64,000 nucleotides of DNA from Octopus sinensis (Eukaryota), in NCBI RefSeq assembly GCF_006345805.1, contig NC_043002.1, forward strand, positions 106,578,001 through 106,642,000, in the 5' to 3' direction. Shown one piece after another: positions 41,908 through 55,021 of the stretch. Each line of letters begins with the position of its first letter. The first letter of the stretch is position 1. The notes beneath the pieces are model-generated. The model was not told the DNA's origin. It worked only from the letters and a program-made list of their open reading frames with translations, and ran no database searches. The position numbers were made by a program, and so were the translations under genes.

Positions 41908-43476
41908 TAATGTTCTTAACAAATGAAGCAGTGTTTGTTTTGATGCTGTAACACACACAAGACATCTAAAATTTTCTTTTCATGTTCATACAGAGACTGT
42001 ACGTAAGAGAGATTGTTTACAACTGTCTAGAGTATTTCATTCCATTTGATTTATTAACACATTATAAGCTGCAATCTTAGATTTATTTTACAATACATGA
42101 TCATCACTCACATTTTAATGTCCACTTATTTATGCTTTGCAGGGGTCAAACAGAATTTACTGAAGCAGATTTTCTACAGCTGGACACCCTTCATGTCTCC
42201 AACCTCCACTTGGTTCCAAGTCATCGCTTGGCTGACAGTGATGCTTGTTTACAGCTATCACATCATGTCAAAACAAAGGTGCACTCACATACACACACAC
42301 ATAATAGGATTCCTCCAGTTTCTAACTATCAAATCTCAACTCATAGCCCAGGGATATAGTAGAAGACAATTGCCCAAGGTGCCACATGGTAGGACTGAAA
42401 CCAAGACCAGATGGTTAACAAGCAAGCCTTTTCACCACACAGCCATATATATATATATACATATTTGAAAGCAGCCTTCAAAGTGAGTCCGGAGATCACG
42501 AGTCACTGAAAAGGATGCAATCGGCAACAAAAGAAACATTGACAATCAAACAAACCAATTGACCGCCAAACCAACATATCAAACAAACAATGAATGAGTT
42601 AGTCGGTTAGATACTTAACAAAATGACTAATAATAAAGAAGTGGGTTTGAAACTGTGCACGTTATTATTATTATTGGTGTAATGGCTCTCCCAAGACACA
42701 ACCAAATACACACACACACACACCTTAGATCTAAGTCTGTCACATCCCTACAATATCATTAAGCAAGAGTTTATCCTAGTTTGTTTGTTTTTTTGGTATA
42801 TAAGTAACTGGGAGTAACACTAATGTGTCCACTGGGTTACCCCAACCCCAAGACATTACTGGTACTTATTTTCAGCAGAGTGAACTAGAGAGACACAAAA
42901 TGAAGTGTTTTTGCTAAAGTATAATGCACTGCCCTGTCTTAGAATTGAAACCACAACTTTATAATTCTAAGCTCCAATATTCTAATCACTAGTTTGTGAG
43001 CCTTCACAACATTCATTTTGCAATCATTTCGTACTGAGTTCAATCTGACTTCACAGCACCTTGGACAAGTGTCTTCTACAATAGCTCCAGACTAAGCAAA
43101 TTTTTCATGAGTGGTAAACGGAAACTGTATAGAAGCCTATCTTATATTTATGTGTGTGTATATGTGTGTGCATGTGTGTCTGCATGATTGTGTATACATG
43201 TCTGTATGTCTATGTCTCAAAGACCCACCCAGCACTTGACAACTGGTGTTGGTTTGTTTACATCCCCATATCTTAGCAGTTCAGCAAAAGAGACCAATAG
43301 AATATATATCAAACATAAAAGAAGAAAACTCAGTACTGAGGTTGGCTTTTTTGGGGAGTAAGAAATCCTTCAAGGCAGAGTCTTGAAACAAAAGGTAAAG
43401 ATAAAGAAGATACATACTCACTCACTCTCTCTCTCTCTCTCTCTCCCCCTCCCTCTCTCTCTCTCACACACACACA

Positions 43477-43518
<42 letters not shown>

Positions 43519-44273
43519 GTCTCCTCTTTCCATGGTGGTGTGAGTTACAGAATTTGTGGAGACAGCTTTCTGTGGCCGGATACTCTTCCTGTTGCCAAAC
43601 CTTGTTTGCAAATAATGGACCCATTGTTGTTCTCCTTGTAACAGTGACCCATACAACAGCTGGCCAAACATGACTTTATGGCAGATGACAACAATGGCAC
43701 AATCCAAACAGTGCTACTATTTTAGATCTTTAAGTGCAGAGCCATTACAGAAAATATAGATAGGAAAAGACAATCACACACACACACACACACACACATA
43801 CACACACACACACACACACATACACACACACACACACTTTCAAATGCCACTGAAATTATGTCATTGGAATGTCAGACAAAATGCTTTGCATTATTCATTC
43901 CAGTTCCGCTTGTTGTGAGTTCAAATCCTGCTGAGGTATACCATCATTACAATGCCGATAACTGAAGTACCATTTAAGTACCGGAATCGATTCGTCTCTC
44001 TCTTTCTCTCTCTCTCTCTCTTTCTCGAAGAAATGACATGTATACAAAGCTGGAGAGATATTGGATGTACTTGGTTTCAAATTCCCCAGACACATGTCAT
44101 GCCAGCAACCCAACAATTCCATCAGAAGTTAAGTATCTCACAACCAAACATATATATATATATATATATATGATATATGTATATAGTTGAAATTTACAGA
44201 GAAAAAAAAGACGGAGACAGGTGTATGAACAACAAGCAGGTGTATTACTTTAATGCTTGGGAAGATAAGAAAG

Positions 44274-44310
44274 TCTTTTACATTTCAAACCTGCGCTCTT
44301 CAACAGAAGA
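44274..44310 (-). ncRNA. Decayed compact hammerhead motif (family 2-related)
   Basis: TCTT-CTGTTGA-A-GAGC-gcag-GTTT-GAAAT-GTA-AAAGA. Related decayed copies at 38460-38495 and 4491-4530 (both minus). Confidence 0.45.
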
Positions 44311-44471
44311 GAACACGAGGAAATAAACAGAGAGAGAATAAAAAAGCTTATGGAGCTAGCAGTCAATCATTATGGCTGTGTACATATGTGTATGATGATG
44401 ATGATATATATATATATATATATATACATATATATACACATATATATATATATATATATATACATATATAT

Positions 44472-44588
<117 letters not shown>

Positions 44589-45033
44589 TATATATACACA
44601 TATATATATTATATATATACACATATATATATTACACATATATATACACATTATATATATATATATATACACATATATATACACATATATATATATATAT
44701 ATATATATGCATATATATATGTATGTGTATATATATATATGTATGTGTGTATGTGTATATATATATATATATATATAAGAAAAAGAGATGACAAAGGAAT
44801 AAATGGTTAACTTATGAACTTCATTAGCTTGCAGCTGTTTCTGCTAAAAGATGTAGTCGATTCATAGTTGAGTACTTGGGTAACATCTTCATCAAAGCCT
44901 CAAATATGAAACCCAATTTATTTGGGTACAAATTACATTTGTGTCTATACAGGGAACAGCATCAGCAATCAGAACAGTCAATGCAGGTGTATATAAGAAA
45001 AGTGTATGCCCAAAAGGTAATTACATGTGCTTC

Positions 45034-45710
45034 CTCAGAGTGAAAGGTGGATTATATGATGTTTGTGCATGAACAGATATATTACATGGCAGTGAAACAT
45101 GGGCTGTAACTGCAGAGGACATGTGAAGACACGAAAGAAAGGAAGGCAACATGCCCTGCTGGATGGATAATGTCAGTGTGCATGTAGAGCAGAGTGTAGA
45201 GGATTTAAAAGAAAAACTAGCTTTAAGAGGCCTCAGATGTAGCGTGGAAGAGAAAAATCCATGTAGGAACATTAAGTCCTAGGTGGGACAACTCTCCTGG
45301 TTCTACCTTTTTCATCACAATACCATCGAGACTCAGCAGAGTGCTATCGTTGACAAGACATGACATGACCCAGCTGCGAATGGAGGACCACGCATACTTA
45401 CTGATGTTGATTTCCAGTCCGACTGCATGACAGAACTCCAGGCATCTATCCACAAAAGCCTGGAGACCATCGTGCAACCCTGCGATGAGGACCAAATCGT
45501 CAGTGTACGCGAGTCCTGCCATTCAGACCCCCCTCAACACTGAGACCTCTGCTGTCCGACAAAATGTGGAGGGAACCTGTGGAAGGAGTCCAGGTCCAGG
45601 AAGAAGTGAAATAAAGAGGTGAGAAATAATCTTCAGAGGTTGAGCCTCACAGAGATGATGATGAGTGACTGCAGCTGGTGATTTGCTGTGCTTGAGAAGA
45701 CACATCAAGC
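45034..45710 (+). mobile_element. RTE LINE remnant interrupted by an opposite-strand RT fragment
   Basis: 45034-45253 LRVKG.LYD.C...LHGSETWAVTAED...; resumes at ~45560 (VEGTCGR...) with 3' UTR. Same family as 3700-3990. Confidence 0.7.
45256..45522 (-). mobile_element. Reverse-transcriptase fragment of an R2/NeSL-like (RLE-clade) non-LTR retrotransposon
   Basis: LAYTDDLVLIA...GLQ.F.D....F....GL.IN.SK...LDG.....V...E..HLG: RT domains 5-7 (Y.DD, GL.IN..K, YLG-like). Clade assignment is by motif resemblance only. Confidence 0.6.
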
Positions 45711-46994
45711 TAATAAAATCATGGCCATCCATACATACAGGTATGTTCTTTACAGCCTTGACCCCCACCTTCCCTTCACACCCACATAATTCTGTCCTCT
45801 GGCAAAACCCACCCTCAAGCCATCACCCCACCTCCCACTGCAGCTCCCTCACCATCGCTTGCTATCTCTAAATATCTCTTCCCCACACTCTTATGGAACG
45901 TCTCTTCTAACCCTTCTGTACTACTTACACTCCTCCCAACTGTTTGCTCCTCCTCTCACACTGACTGTCTCTATCTTTCTCTCCTTCCCCTTCCTTGTCC
46001 TAATGGGTTGCCAAGTATCTCTGCAGTAAGACAGCCATTCCCGCCCTTTTATCATACTCCAGCCTCACACCTGGCACACTGCCATTTCTTTCATTGCCCT
46101 TCCCTCTCTCAACTGAGATGTTCTTATCTTACAAGCTACTTGGTCACCCCATGGGCATTGGTGCCACATAAAAAGTACCCAGTACACTCTGTAAAGTAGT
46201 TGTCATTAGGAAGGGCATCCAGCCATAGAAACCATATCAAGACAGACAAATAGAGCCTAGTGCAGCCCTCCAGCCTTGCCAGCTCCAATCAAACCACCCA
46301 ACCCATACTAGCAAAGAAAACAAACATTAAATGATAATGATAAATATGTGTGTACGTATATAAAAAGCACGTAAAAAGCACCAACTGATTGTAGCCATTG
46401 CCAGCCTCATCTGGCACGTAAAAAGCATCCACTACACTCACATAGTGGTTGGTGTTAGGAAGGGCATCCAGCTGTAGAAACACTGCCAGATCAGACTGGA
46501 GCCTGGTGCAGCCATCTCAAGCACGGCATGTCGCCCTATGATCCAGGGGTACTTTTGAGTTGGCTGCTTATGCACACAAGTATAGGTTACAGCTGTGATC
46601 TCACTTTATTTGCCAGGTCTTCTCAGTCACAGCATATCTCCAGAGGTCTCTGTCTTTCGTCATTTCCTCTGTAAGGCCCAACATACAAGTCACATCACTT
46701 GCTGCAGTATCCAAATCACCAGACAAACACAAAAACCAAAGATCACTGGCCAAATTTGTGCGAATCAAACTGTGTTGACCACTGGTACAAGACAATTTGC
46801 CTCATTTATGAGGACTAACGAATCTTCTCTAACCTCTATCAGTTTTAATTCAGAGTTACTGTTCCAATACATGCATAATCTATGATGCAACTTGCAAAGT
46901 CCATATCCTGCTCATATGCTCCATTTTGGCATTTCTATAACTCTATGCTCCTCATATTACCAGCAAGTTTAGAGTGAACAAAGTACATTCTATA

Positions 46995-48020
46995 AGACCA
47001 GGTCATTAAGAATGAGATGTCTGATTTTCTTATGCACTAAGTTTGACAGTTGTTAACTCTAATGCTTTATCCTGACAATTCTTTGTTTTACAACATTGAA
47101 GAATTACATTATCACTTTTCGAAAAGCAATTCATGGTGTCTGTTTATATTTGCGAGTGAGTTTTTCTCTTGTAAATTAATTTTTGTGAACCCATGGATAG
47201 ATAAAAAACTCGTGTTGTTTATGAACATGAGTTCCGTCGTGAAACCAGTACACCCCAGACAGCTCGAAACATCAATGACGTGTTTGGTGAAGTTGTTGCA
47301 GAGGTTTGAGAAGTTCCGGTCTGGTGACTTTACTCTTGAAAATCAGCCCCGTGTTAAACCTGAGACCATGGTGGATAATGATGAGCTGAAAACTCTAGTG
47401 GAAGCGGATATATCTCAAACTTCGCGTGAGTTGGTAGCAAGGTTTGATGCTTCAATTCCAACTGTATTGGACCATCTGAAATAAATCGACAAGGTAAAGA
47501 AGCTGGACAAGTAGGTACCACACGAACTGAACGATCATCAAATGACACGTTGTCTTGAAACTTGCTGTTCTTTGCTGTCACGGCAAAAAATCGAACCATT
47601 TTTGCATCGTATTGTTACGTGTGGTGGAAATAGATACTTTTCAACAAAAGCAAGCGTTCTGCACAGTAGTTGGATGGAGACGAAGTGCCAAAACTCAATC
47701 CAAATCGAATGCTCACCAAAAAACACCTAATGGTGTCTGTTTGGTGGTCCAGCACTGGTGTCAACCACTACAGCTTCATGAGACCTGCTAAGTGAATTAC
47801 AGTGGATATATACATCAACTAAAATAACTTTTCGTTATTTCATCACCTCTTGCTCTCCAGAATTCTTCGCTAATGACATAAATAAGCTACAGATAAAATG
47901 GCAAAATTGTGTTGATAATTTAGGTGCATACTTTGATTAACAACATTGTTTTTTTGTTGAGATAAAGTAAAATAAACTTTCAGTTCAAAATCGGATGTTT
48001 CATTCAGAATGACCTGATAC
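46995..48020 (+). mobile_element. Decayed, internally deleted mariner transposon
   Basis: Imperfect ~34-bp TIRs (..CAGGTCATTAAGAATGAG../..CATTCAGAATGACCTG..), TA TSD at 46993-46994 and 48021-48022. Transposase remnants: FRSGDFTLENQPR, *VPHEL (WVPHEL), FLHRIVT. Stops and frameshifts present. Confidence 0.9.
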
Positions 48021-48823
48021 TATCAGCACCCATTGTCCCATATGAGGATAAAATAGTCCTGCATGCCCTGTATAATATATATATATATATATATATATAC
48101 TTTATTTAAAAGCAGTAGAAATATAACAAAAGCTGTTACTCAGAGTTTCACGTTCCCATTCGTTATATTTCTGCTTCTTTTAAATAAAGCATATTACTCT
48201 ACCTCTGGTATTTGAGTACTCTTTTTTTCCACCTTGTTTCACATTTATGTGCTTACTCCAGTGTATATATATGTATATATATAGGCAAAGGTTTCATTGA
48301 TATTTCAAAGTTTCATTTTAAGTTCTGCACTAGAACTTGAAGTAGACATCACAATCAATATAATTACATAATTAATATACAAAAATACGTAGTTAATTCA
48401 AATGACATAAATAAAATGTTATCAGGACAAAATTTGGATACAGAAAATCTAAGCACCATTACCATTTTAAATAGGTTATAGATGGGATGAAAAATGAGTG
48501 CTAAAGCACTAATTATATATCTATGTATGTATGTACATGATTACTAAAGACTTTAAGATCTTTGTAATAAATTAGCAAAGTAAAATTTTTAAATATGTCT
48601 ATCCTAGGCACCGTTTTCCTTATTCTTTAATTTCAACTTCAAACATTTAATCCTGCTAAATTCTATGAAAAAATGGTTATCTCCACAGTGCTAGGGGGGC
48701 TCCACGTGCGTGTGTGTATATATACGACACCCCTGTGACTCAAAACACAAGTCTTAAATGACAGGATGCTATACTCTCCAAACTGCTCCATAAGCAAGAA
48801 ACTTGTTTGAACAATATATCAAC

Positions 48824-49056
48824 GAGCATATAGCATAGTGGTTAAGAGCGTGGGCTACTAACCCCAAGATTCCAAGTTCAATTCCAGGCTGTGACCTAAA
48901 TAATAATAATAATAACATCAAAAAATATCTTAGGAATGAGAACCCTGGTTCGAAATTTCCCCAAGACACCTGATGAAGGCTGGAGGGTATATCAGCCGAA
49001 ACATTGTGTTAACAACAAACAAGATAAGGACAAATATCCATCAAATGTAAATAATG
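48824..49056 (+). mobile_element. tRNA-headed SINE-like element with hammerhead-ribozyme tail, copy 1
   Basis: A-box TAGCATAGTGG (48831-48841), B-box AGTTCAATTCC (48875-48885), 7-nt anticodon-like loop CTACTAA, (AAT)n linker, then GACAC-CTGATGA-A-GGCTG..CAGCC-GAAAC-ATT-GTGTT. Near-identical to 63425-63665. Confidence 0.8.
48965..49010 (+). ncRNA. Minimal type-I hammerhead ribozyme motif (decayed at 16.2)
   Basis: Stem I GACAC/GTGTT; core CTGATGA 48970-48976 plus one extra A; stem II GGCTG/CAGCC; GAAAC 48998-49002; stem III ACAT, probably a CpG-decayed ACGT palindrome. Confidence 0.65.
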
Positions 49057-51241
49057 AATATATCAACAAATACAACATGAAAGATTTTATCAAAGAAAAC
49101 TACAATTAATCATGATCACCCAATAGGATGACTTAAGCACTAATTCATCATCATCATCATCATTTAATGTCTGCCTTCCATGCTGGCATGGGTGAGACAC
49201 ACACACCCATATATCTGTCGTCATTTAACGTCCATCTTCCATGTTGGCATGGGTTGGACAGTTTTATAGGATCTGGCAAGCCAGAGAACTGCATCATGCT
49301 CCATTGTCTGTTTTGGTTTTCTCTCTACAGCCAAATGCCCTTCCTAGCACCAACCACTTAACAGAGTAGACTGAGTGTCTTTTATGTGGCACCAGCATGG
49401 GAGCTTTTTTTTCGTGGTTCCAACACCAGTGAAGTCACCAAGCACCTTGTGAGATAAGGCCTTCTTGGCTGGGAGAGTGAGTGGTACCGAGGGAAGTGGT
49501 TTTGTTCCAAGTGAGAGGTTAGAGGGCAATAGAGGGTTTTTCCTAATAGATCATTTAATATCAGTTTTTCCATGATTGCATGGCTCAGATGGCATTAACG
49601 AGGCAGATTTTCTTTGACTGGGTGCACTTCCTGTTGCCAACCTTCACCTGTTTCCAAGCAAGGTAGTATTTCCCATGGCCAAACATGTTTCTGCGGAACA
49701 CTGGAAATGAATGATATTGCTTGTAAAACAATGACAATTGTTTACAATTTGAGAGATTTCATCAATCTGCACATGTGCTGCAAGACGATTGTACAACATC
49801 TCACCTGTGAAGTATAGATACAGGATAAGTTGAAACAATTGTAGTGGATATGAATAAAGTATCTTGTGAATTCCATTTTCTGTCTCTGATCATATATATT
49901 TATCATCATCATCATCATTTAACGTCCGTTTTCTGTGCTAGCATGGGTTGGACGGTTCGACCGGGGTCTAGGAAGCCAGGAGGCTACACCAGGCTCCAGT
50001 CTGATCTGGCAGTGTTTCTACAGCTGGATGCCCTTCCTAACGCCAACCACTCCGTGAGTGTAGTGGGTGCATTTTACGTGCCAGGGGAGGCTGGCAGCAG
50101 CCACGATAGGTTGGTGCTTTTTATGTGCTACCAGCACAGAAGCCAGTCAAGGCGGCGCTGGCATCGGCCACGTTTGAATGGTGCTTTTTACGTGCCACCG
50201 GCACAGGTATCACATAAATATATACACACACACACATTTTTTCTTTTTTTTTCCTTAAGCCCAAGGACACATAAATCCAGTTACCCTGTTTCCTCAGCAC
50301 ATAAGTGACCGAGATCACAAACATTCCTTTTTAAATAGATCACCAGTCCATTGCAGATTTGAAAAGAGGGGACAAATCAATTACACTGATCCTAGTATCT
50401 GACTGGTACTTTATTTTATCAATGCTGAAGGGAAGAAAGGCAAAACTGACCTCAGTAGGATTTGAACTCAGAGCATAAAGGGCCAGAAGGAATGCCACTA
50501 AGCATTTTGTCTGACATAATAACAATTCTGCCATGACCTCAATGCTAGTAGTACCACGTTAAAAGCACCCAGCAGATTCTGTGGAGTGGTTGGCATTAGG
50601 AAGGGCAACAAGACATAGAAACCATGTCTAAGCAGACAGCAGAGCCAGCTCCTGTCAGATCACCCAATTCATGCCAGCACAGAAGGAGGACTTTAAAAAA
50701 TGGTAAACACACACACGTCTCACCATAAGAGAACGTCTGCAAGACACTGATCCTCTTCAAAACAGTAGTTGAAAGCTGTTAGTGAAAAGAAATTCCATTA
50801 TCAAAACAACAAAGTAGCCAAAAGAAGACCAATTAACAAGACATTTGAAAACCATTCTGCAATGTAACAGAGATGAGAAGACAGTCAATAATAGTGGTTC
50901 CTATTCAGGATTGCGATAGAAGTTGCTTAACCAAGAAGTGATGTGACTAGAAGTATACAGTGCCAATGGTAAGGTTCTTGACACTTGTTAACATTATCAT
51001 TATTTAACGCCCACTTTTTCATGCTTCACTGATCAGATGGAATTTATTGAGGCAGATTTTTCTACAACTTGATGTGTGTGTGGGAGTGTGTGTGTGTGTA
51101 TATATATATTTATATAATTGCTACGATGATCCGGTTCTTGACTGAAGATTGAGGGCTTTGAATGTCCCGTCCGTGTTTTTTGTATTGTCTTCTAGTGTTT
51201 TGCGTTCTTGTCCCAGTTTGTATTTTTCTACATATAATAAT

Positions 51242-51303
<62 letters not shown>

Positions 51304-51606
51304 AATCAAAATAAGCAACAAGGATATCCAAGGTAGTGTAGTACAATCGTTTCATGCTATGTCATTTTATTAAACAATGTATTACATCAGTTTTCAAATG
51401 TCGAGCAATCTTCAATCACATATAGAATTTTTTTAATTAAATAGACAATGTAGATTTTTATACTTATTCCATTTGCCAACATTACAAAGAGGGTAGATAC
51501 ATAGACAGAGAGGTTAATTTCATCATTAAGAACATGTTAGTAGAAGGTCCTTCTCCATCTGCAGCTGAAGATTGCTCTATATTTTAAAACTGATATAATA
51601 CTTACA

Positions 51607-52618
51607 TCTTTATATATATAAAACTGAGAATGTGTGTCTGTCTGTGTGTTTCCCTAAAACTTGAGAACTACACAACCAATTTCATTCAAATTTTACACAT
51701 GCCTTACTTAGGGTCCGGCGGGTGTCATCGGCAAAATGTTCAACTTCTTGCCTAGAGCGAGCCCATAGCAATATCATATCTTCTCCACTATTTCAGTATT
51801 ACGTGTTAAAAGTGAAACAAAAACGTTTCTCTATTTTATGTCAGATACTTTCACTTTAACAATAAAAATAATAATAACAATTGAATTATATGTAGTAAGT
51901 AATAATTAAAATCAAACTAAAGTAACATGACAAAAGTAAAAATAGCAATTGGTATAAAATTGCATCAATGATTTGAACTTGAATAAGTGGTTTCACATGA
52001 ATAGGAATAAATTAAAAATAAAATTAGCGTGCAGAAATGGAATAGTCCAGATGGATAATAAAAAATTAAATTAAAGAAAAGACTATTGTCTATAAAGTAT
52101 ACAATGTAGAGAAAAAAGATTTGAACACATGGAGGAAAGCACCTTCGAAAAGTGTCTTGGTGCGACTATGAAAGGTATCTAATCAGAGGCGGTAAATTCG
52201 CCACAATAGAAGCAAGGTTCAAGTCAACAGAGCGTGCAAAGGAGTACTCGACTCGAACTTGCAAAGTGGAAATATTTTATTTTTACCTTTATATCTGGGA
52301 CATAGGACGTCCCGGAAAAAAATTTTAAATCCCCCCGCCCCAGAAGTAGAGGTAGGCTGGATTGTAGCCACATTTCTATACAAGAGGGAGGGAGAACAAG
52401 ATACAATTGATCGAAATTACAAGAGACGGGCTAACAATTCCAGTCTGTTATATATTTTGAGTATTGTTATCACTAGCGATATCAAGATATAACTTTGTAT
52501 TTTGTATTTTATGCGTAGATGTATATATATAGATGTACATGTAATATGTACACATATATATACACATATATACATGCACTAGCACTATGACCCGGCAACG
52601 ACGGGTCTTTAATGCTAG
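51607..52618 (+). mobile_element. Non-autonomous Helitron, family H2 (1012 bp)
   Basis: A|TCTTTATATATATAAAACTGAG at the 5' end; ACCCG-GCAACGA-CGGGT hairpin then CTAG|T at the 3' end; removing it rejoins the host repeat without a TSD. Confidence 0.85.
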
Positions 52619-53430
52619 TTGTTTAATAAAATGAAGTAGCATGAAACGATTGTACTACACTACCTTGGATATCCTTGTTGCCTATTTTGATTATAATCAC
52701 CCCATTTCATTTATATGGATAATACCATACCAAATTCTGGTGCCTTTAACTTAAATACCATATTCATCTGAATCTAAATTTTGCTGAACTTATATATATG
52801 CATGATGGGCTTCCTCATGTTTTTGTCAACCAAATCCGCCCACAAGGCTTTGTTTAATAAGATGTCATAAGCATAAGACACTTGCCCAAGGCACCGCACA
52901 TGGTTGAGAAACAAGCTTCTCAATCATACAACCACACTTGCACCTACAAAGACAGTAAAAAAACAAAAAGGAAAAAATTCAGGATAGCAAAAGACCAGGA
53001 AGAGACTTGGCGGAAGAGACTTGGCTGTCAGTTACTGGTACAAAAACTGACTTTATATCAGCAAGTGGACATTGGCCAAAACAAGCCAGGTAGTAAAGAA
53101 TGAATTCATTGACATGGTGAAGAACTATTGACCAATTCATTGCCGTCATCGTTTAACGTCTATTTTCCATGCTGGCATGGGTTGGACGGTTTAACTGAGG
53201 TCTGGAGAGCAGAAAGCTGCACCAGGCTCCAATCTGATCTGGCAGTGTTTCTACAGCTGGATGCTCTTCCTATAATACCAACCACTCAGAGTGTAGTGGG
53301 TGCTTTTTACATTCCACTGGCACAGGAGCCAGTCAGGCAGCCCCGTGTGCCAGAATACCATGTATAAAATATATACAGCCAGAGTGAACCTATTCCAGCT
53401 GGATCACTGTGATAGTAACAACATCATTAC

Positions 53431-53706
53431 AGATTGTTTGCCAACATAACATGGCAGTCCTGGTTTAGGATGAATGTTGCTGTAATTTAGCCTCAAGAGA
53501 CATCGTCTCCAGCTGGCTATACTACACGATCTGTGTCGTTATATTTTCGAACAAGGGAATTTAGCATCCCCACTCAGCTCCCTTGTTCGAAAATATAAGG
53601 ACACAGATCATGTCGTATAGCCAGCTGGAGACGATGTCTCCTGAGGCTAAATTACAGCAACATTAATCCTAAACCAGGACTGCCATGTTATGTTGGCAAA
53701 CAATCT
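53431..53706. repeat. Foldback inverted duplication (128-bp arms, 20-nt loop)
   Basis: 53431-53558 vs 53579-53706, about 5 mismatches by eye. Confidence 0.9.
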
Positions 53707-54511
53707 TTACTCCAAAGTACTGTCACTGAATATCTCATGTTGTAAGATTTAAAAACGGTAATTTTCTAACATCATTACAGTTAAACAAACAGTTGAGGGA
53801 AAAAAAAAGTTTCAAGATGTTCTGAGCAACTCCTGATCAACAAAAAAAGACCAGCAAAAAAGCAACTTGGGTAGAGACTGCCAGGATTACAAGAAAGCAT
53901 TTGATTTCATTGAGGCCCTTTGATTTGCCAAAGCTCCAGAGACTATAACTAATGCAATAGTTAACCTGGCTTCATCCTGGGCCTCTACGTTGAGATTGAA
54001 TACAGCTGCAGGCTGTGGTTAAGAAGTTTTCTTCCCATCCACATGGTTTCAGGTTCAGTCCCACAGGATGGTAGTACCTTTGGCACAGGTTTTCTGCTAT
54101 AGCCCCAAATTGACTAAAGCCTTGTGAGTGGATTTGGTAAACGAAAACTGAAATAAACCTGCCATGTGTGAGTGTGTGTGTGGAGGGTGGCCTCAATGTC
54201 TTGACATCACATGATAGTTATAAGCAAGTGCCACCATTATACAAGCAGGACCATTCATTTCCTATGAATGTGGAAACAGAAGATTGGTGACAGGAAGGAC
54301 ATCTGACCATAGAAAATCTGCCACAACAAATTCTATTTGATTCTTAGAAACATGGAAAAAGTACACAGTAAAATGAGGAGGAAGATAATGAAATGGTTGC
54401 ACTGTCTGTAAGAAAATAAATGAAATATTGCAGTGGTATATTTCAAGAAGACAAGCTTTCTCTAATGGGGTTTATACTTGCAGTGAAGCCCTCACACTTT
54501 TTGTTGTAGAA

Positions 54512-55021
54512 CAGGGGCGGGGAAACTTTTTGGTGCTGCGGGCAAAAACTGCCAATGAAAAAGGTCCACGGGCAGACCATAAGTTCTAACTCTTATATCT
54601 GTGTAAATCTTATATATATGTATAATTCAATGTATATTAATAAAGACAAGTTTAACACATTAAATTAATACATAACATCTTCATTAACACTGCCACTGAA
54701 TTTAGGATGTTTATATTACCTATGCAGCATTCCATATTTTTCAGCTAGAGTGTAGTTGGGTCTCAAGGGGGGTGGTACAAACATAGCAATATGTGTTTTA
54801 TAGTGAAAACAAAATTTCCATTCAAAAGGAAATTACTGGACAATTTCTGTTCGAGTCTAACTGTTTTAAGTCGCAGTTGAAACGCAACCTCTGTCGCAAA
54901 TAGGCATACAAATATTGTATAAATTTTATGATTGAAAAATTTATTATATTTTGTACATATGAGTATATCTGCCTGTGGGTGCAATAAAATGGGATCACGG
55001 GCAGGGGTTCCCCTACCCCTG
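54512..55021. mobile_element. hAT-type MITE (510 bp)
   Basis: TIRs CAGGGGCGGGGAAAC / GTTCCCCTACCCCTG with a perfect 8-bp TSD TTGTAGAA (54504-54511, 55022-55029). Confidence 0.85.

Noticed and set aside
47050-47791. Active mariner transposase
   Set aside because: In-frame stops (including in WVPHEL), frameshifts, lost first catalytic Asp motif and an internal deletion.
48824-48896. Functional tRNA gene
   Set aside because: Acceptor and T stems pair poorly and it runs straight into a repeat body; treated as a SINE head (same for 63425-63496 and family B heads).
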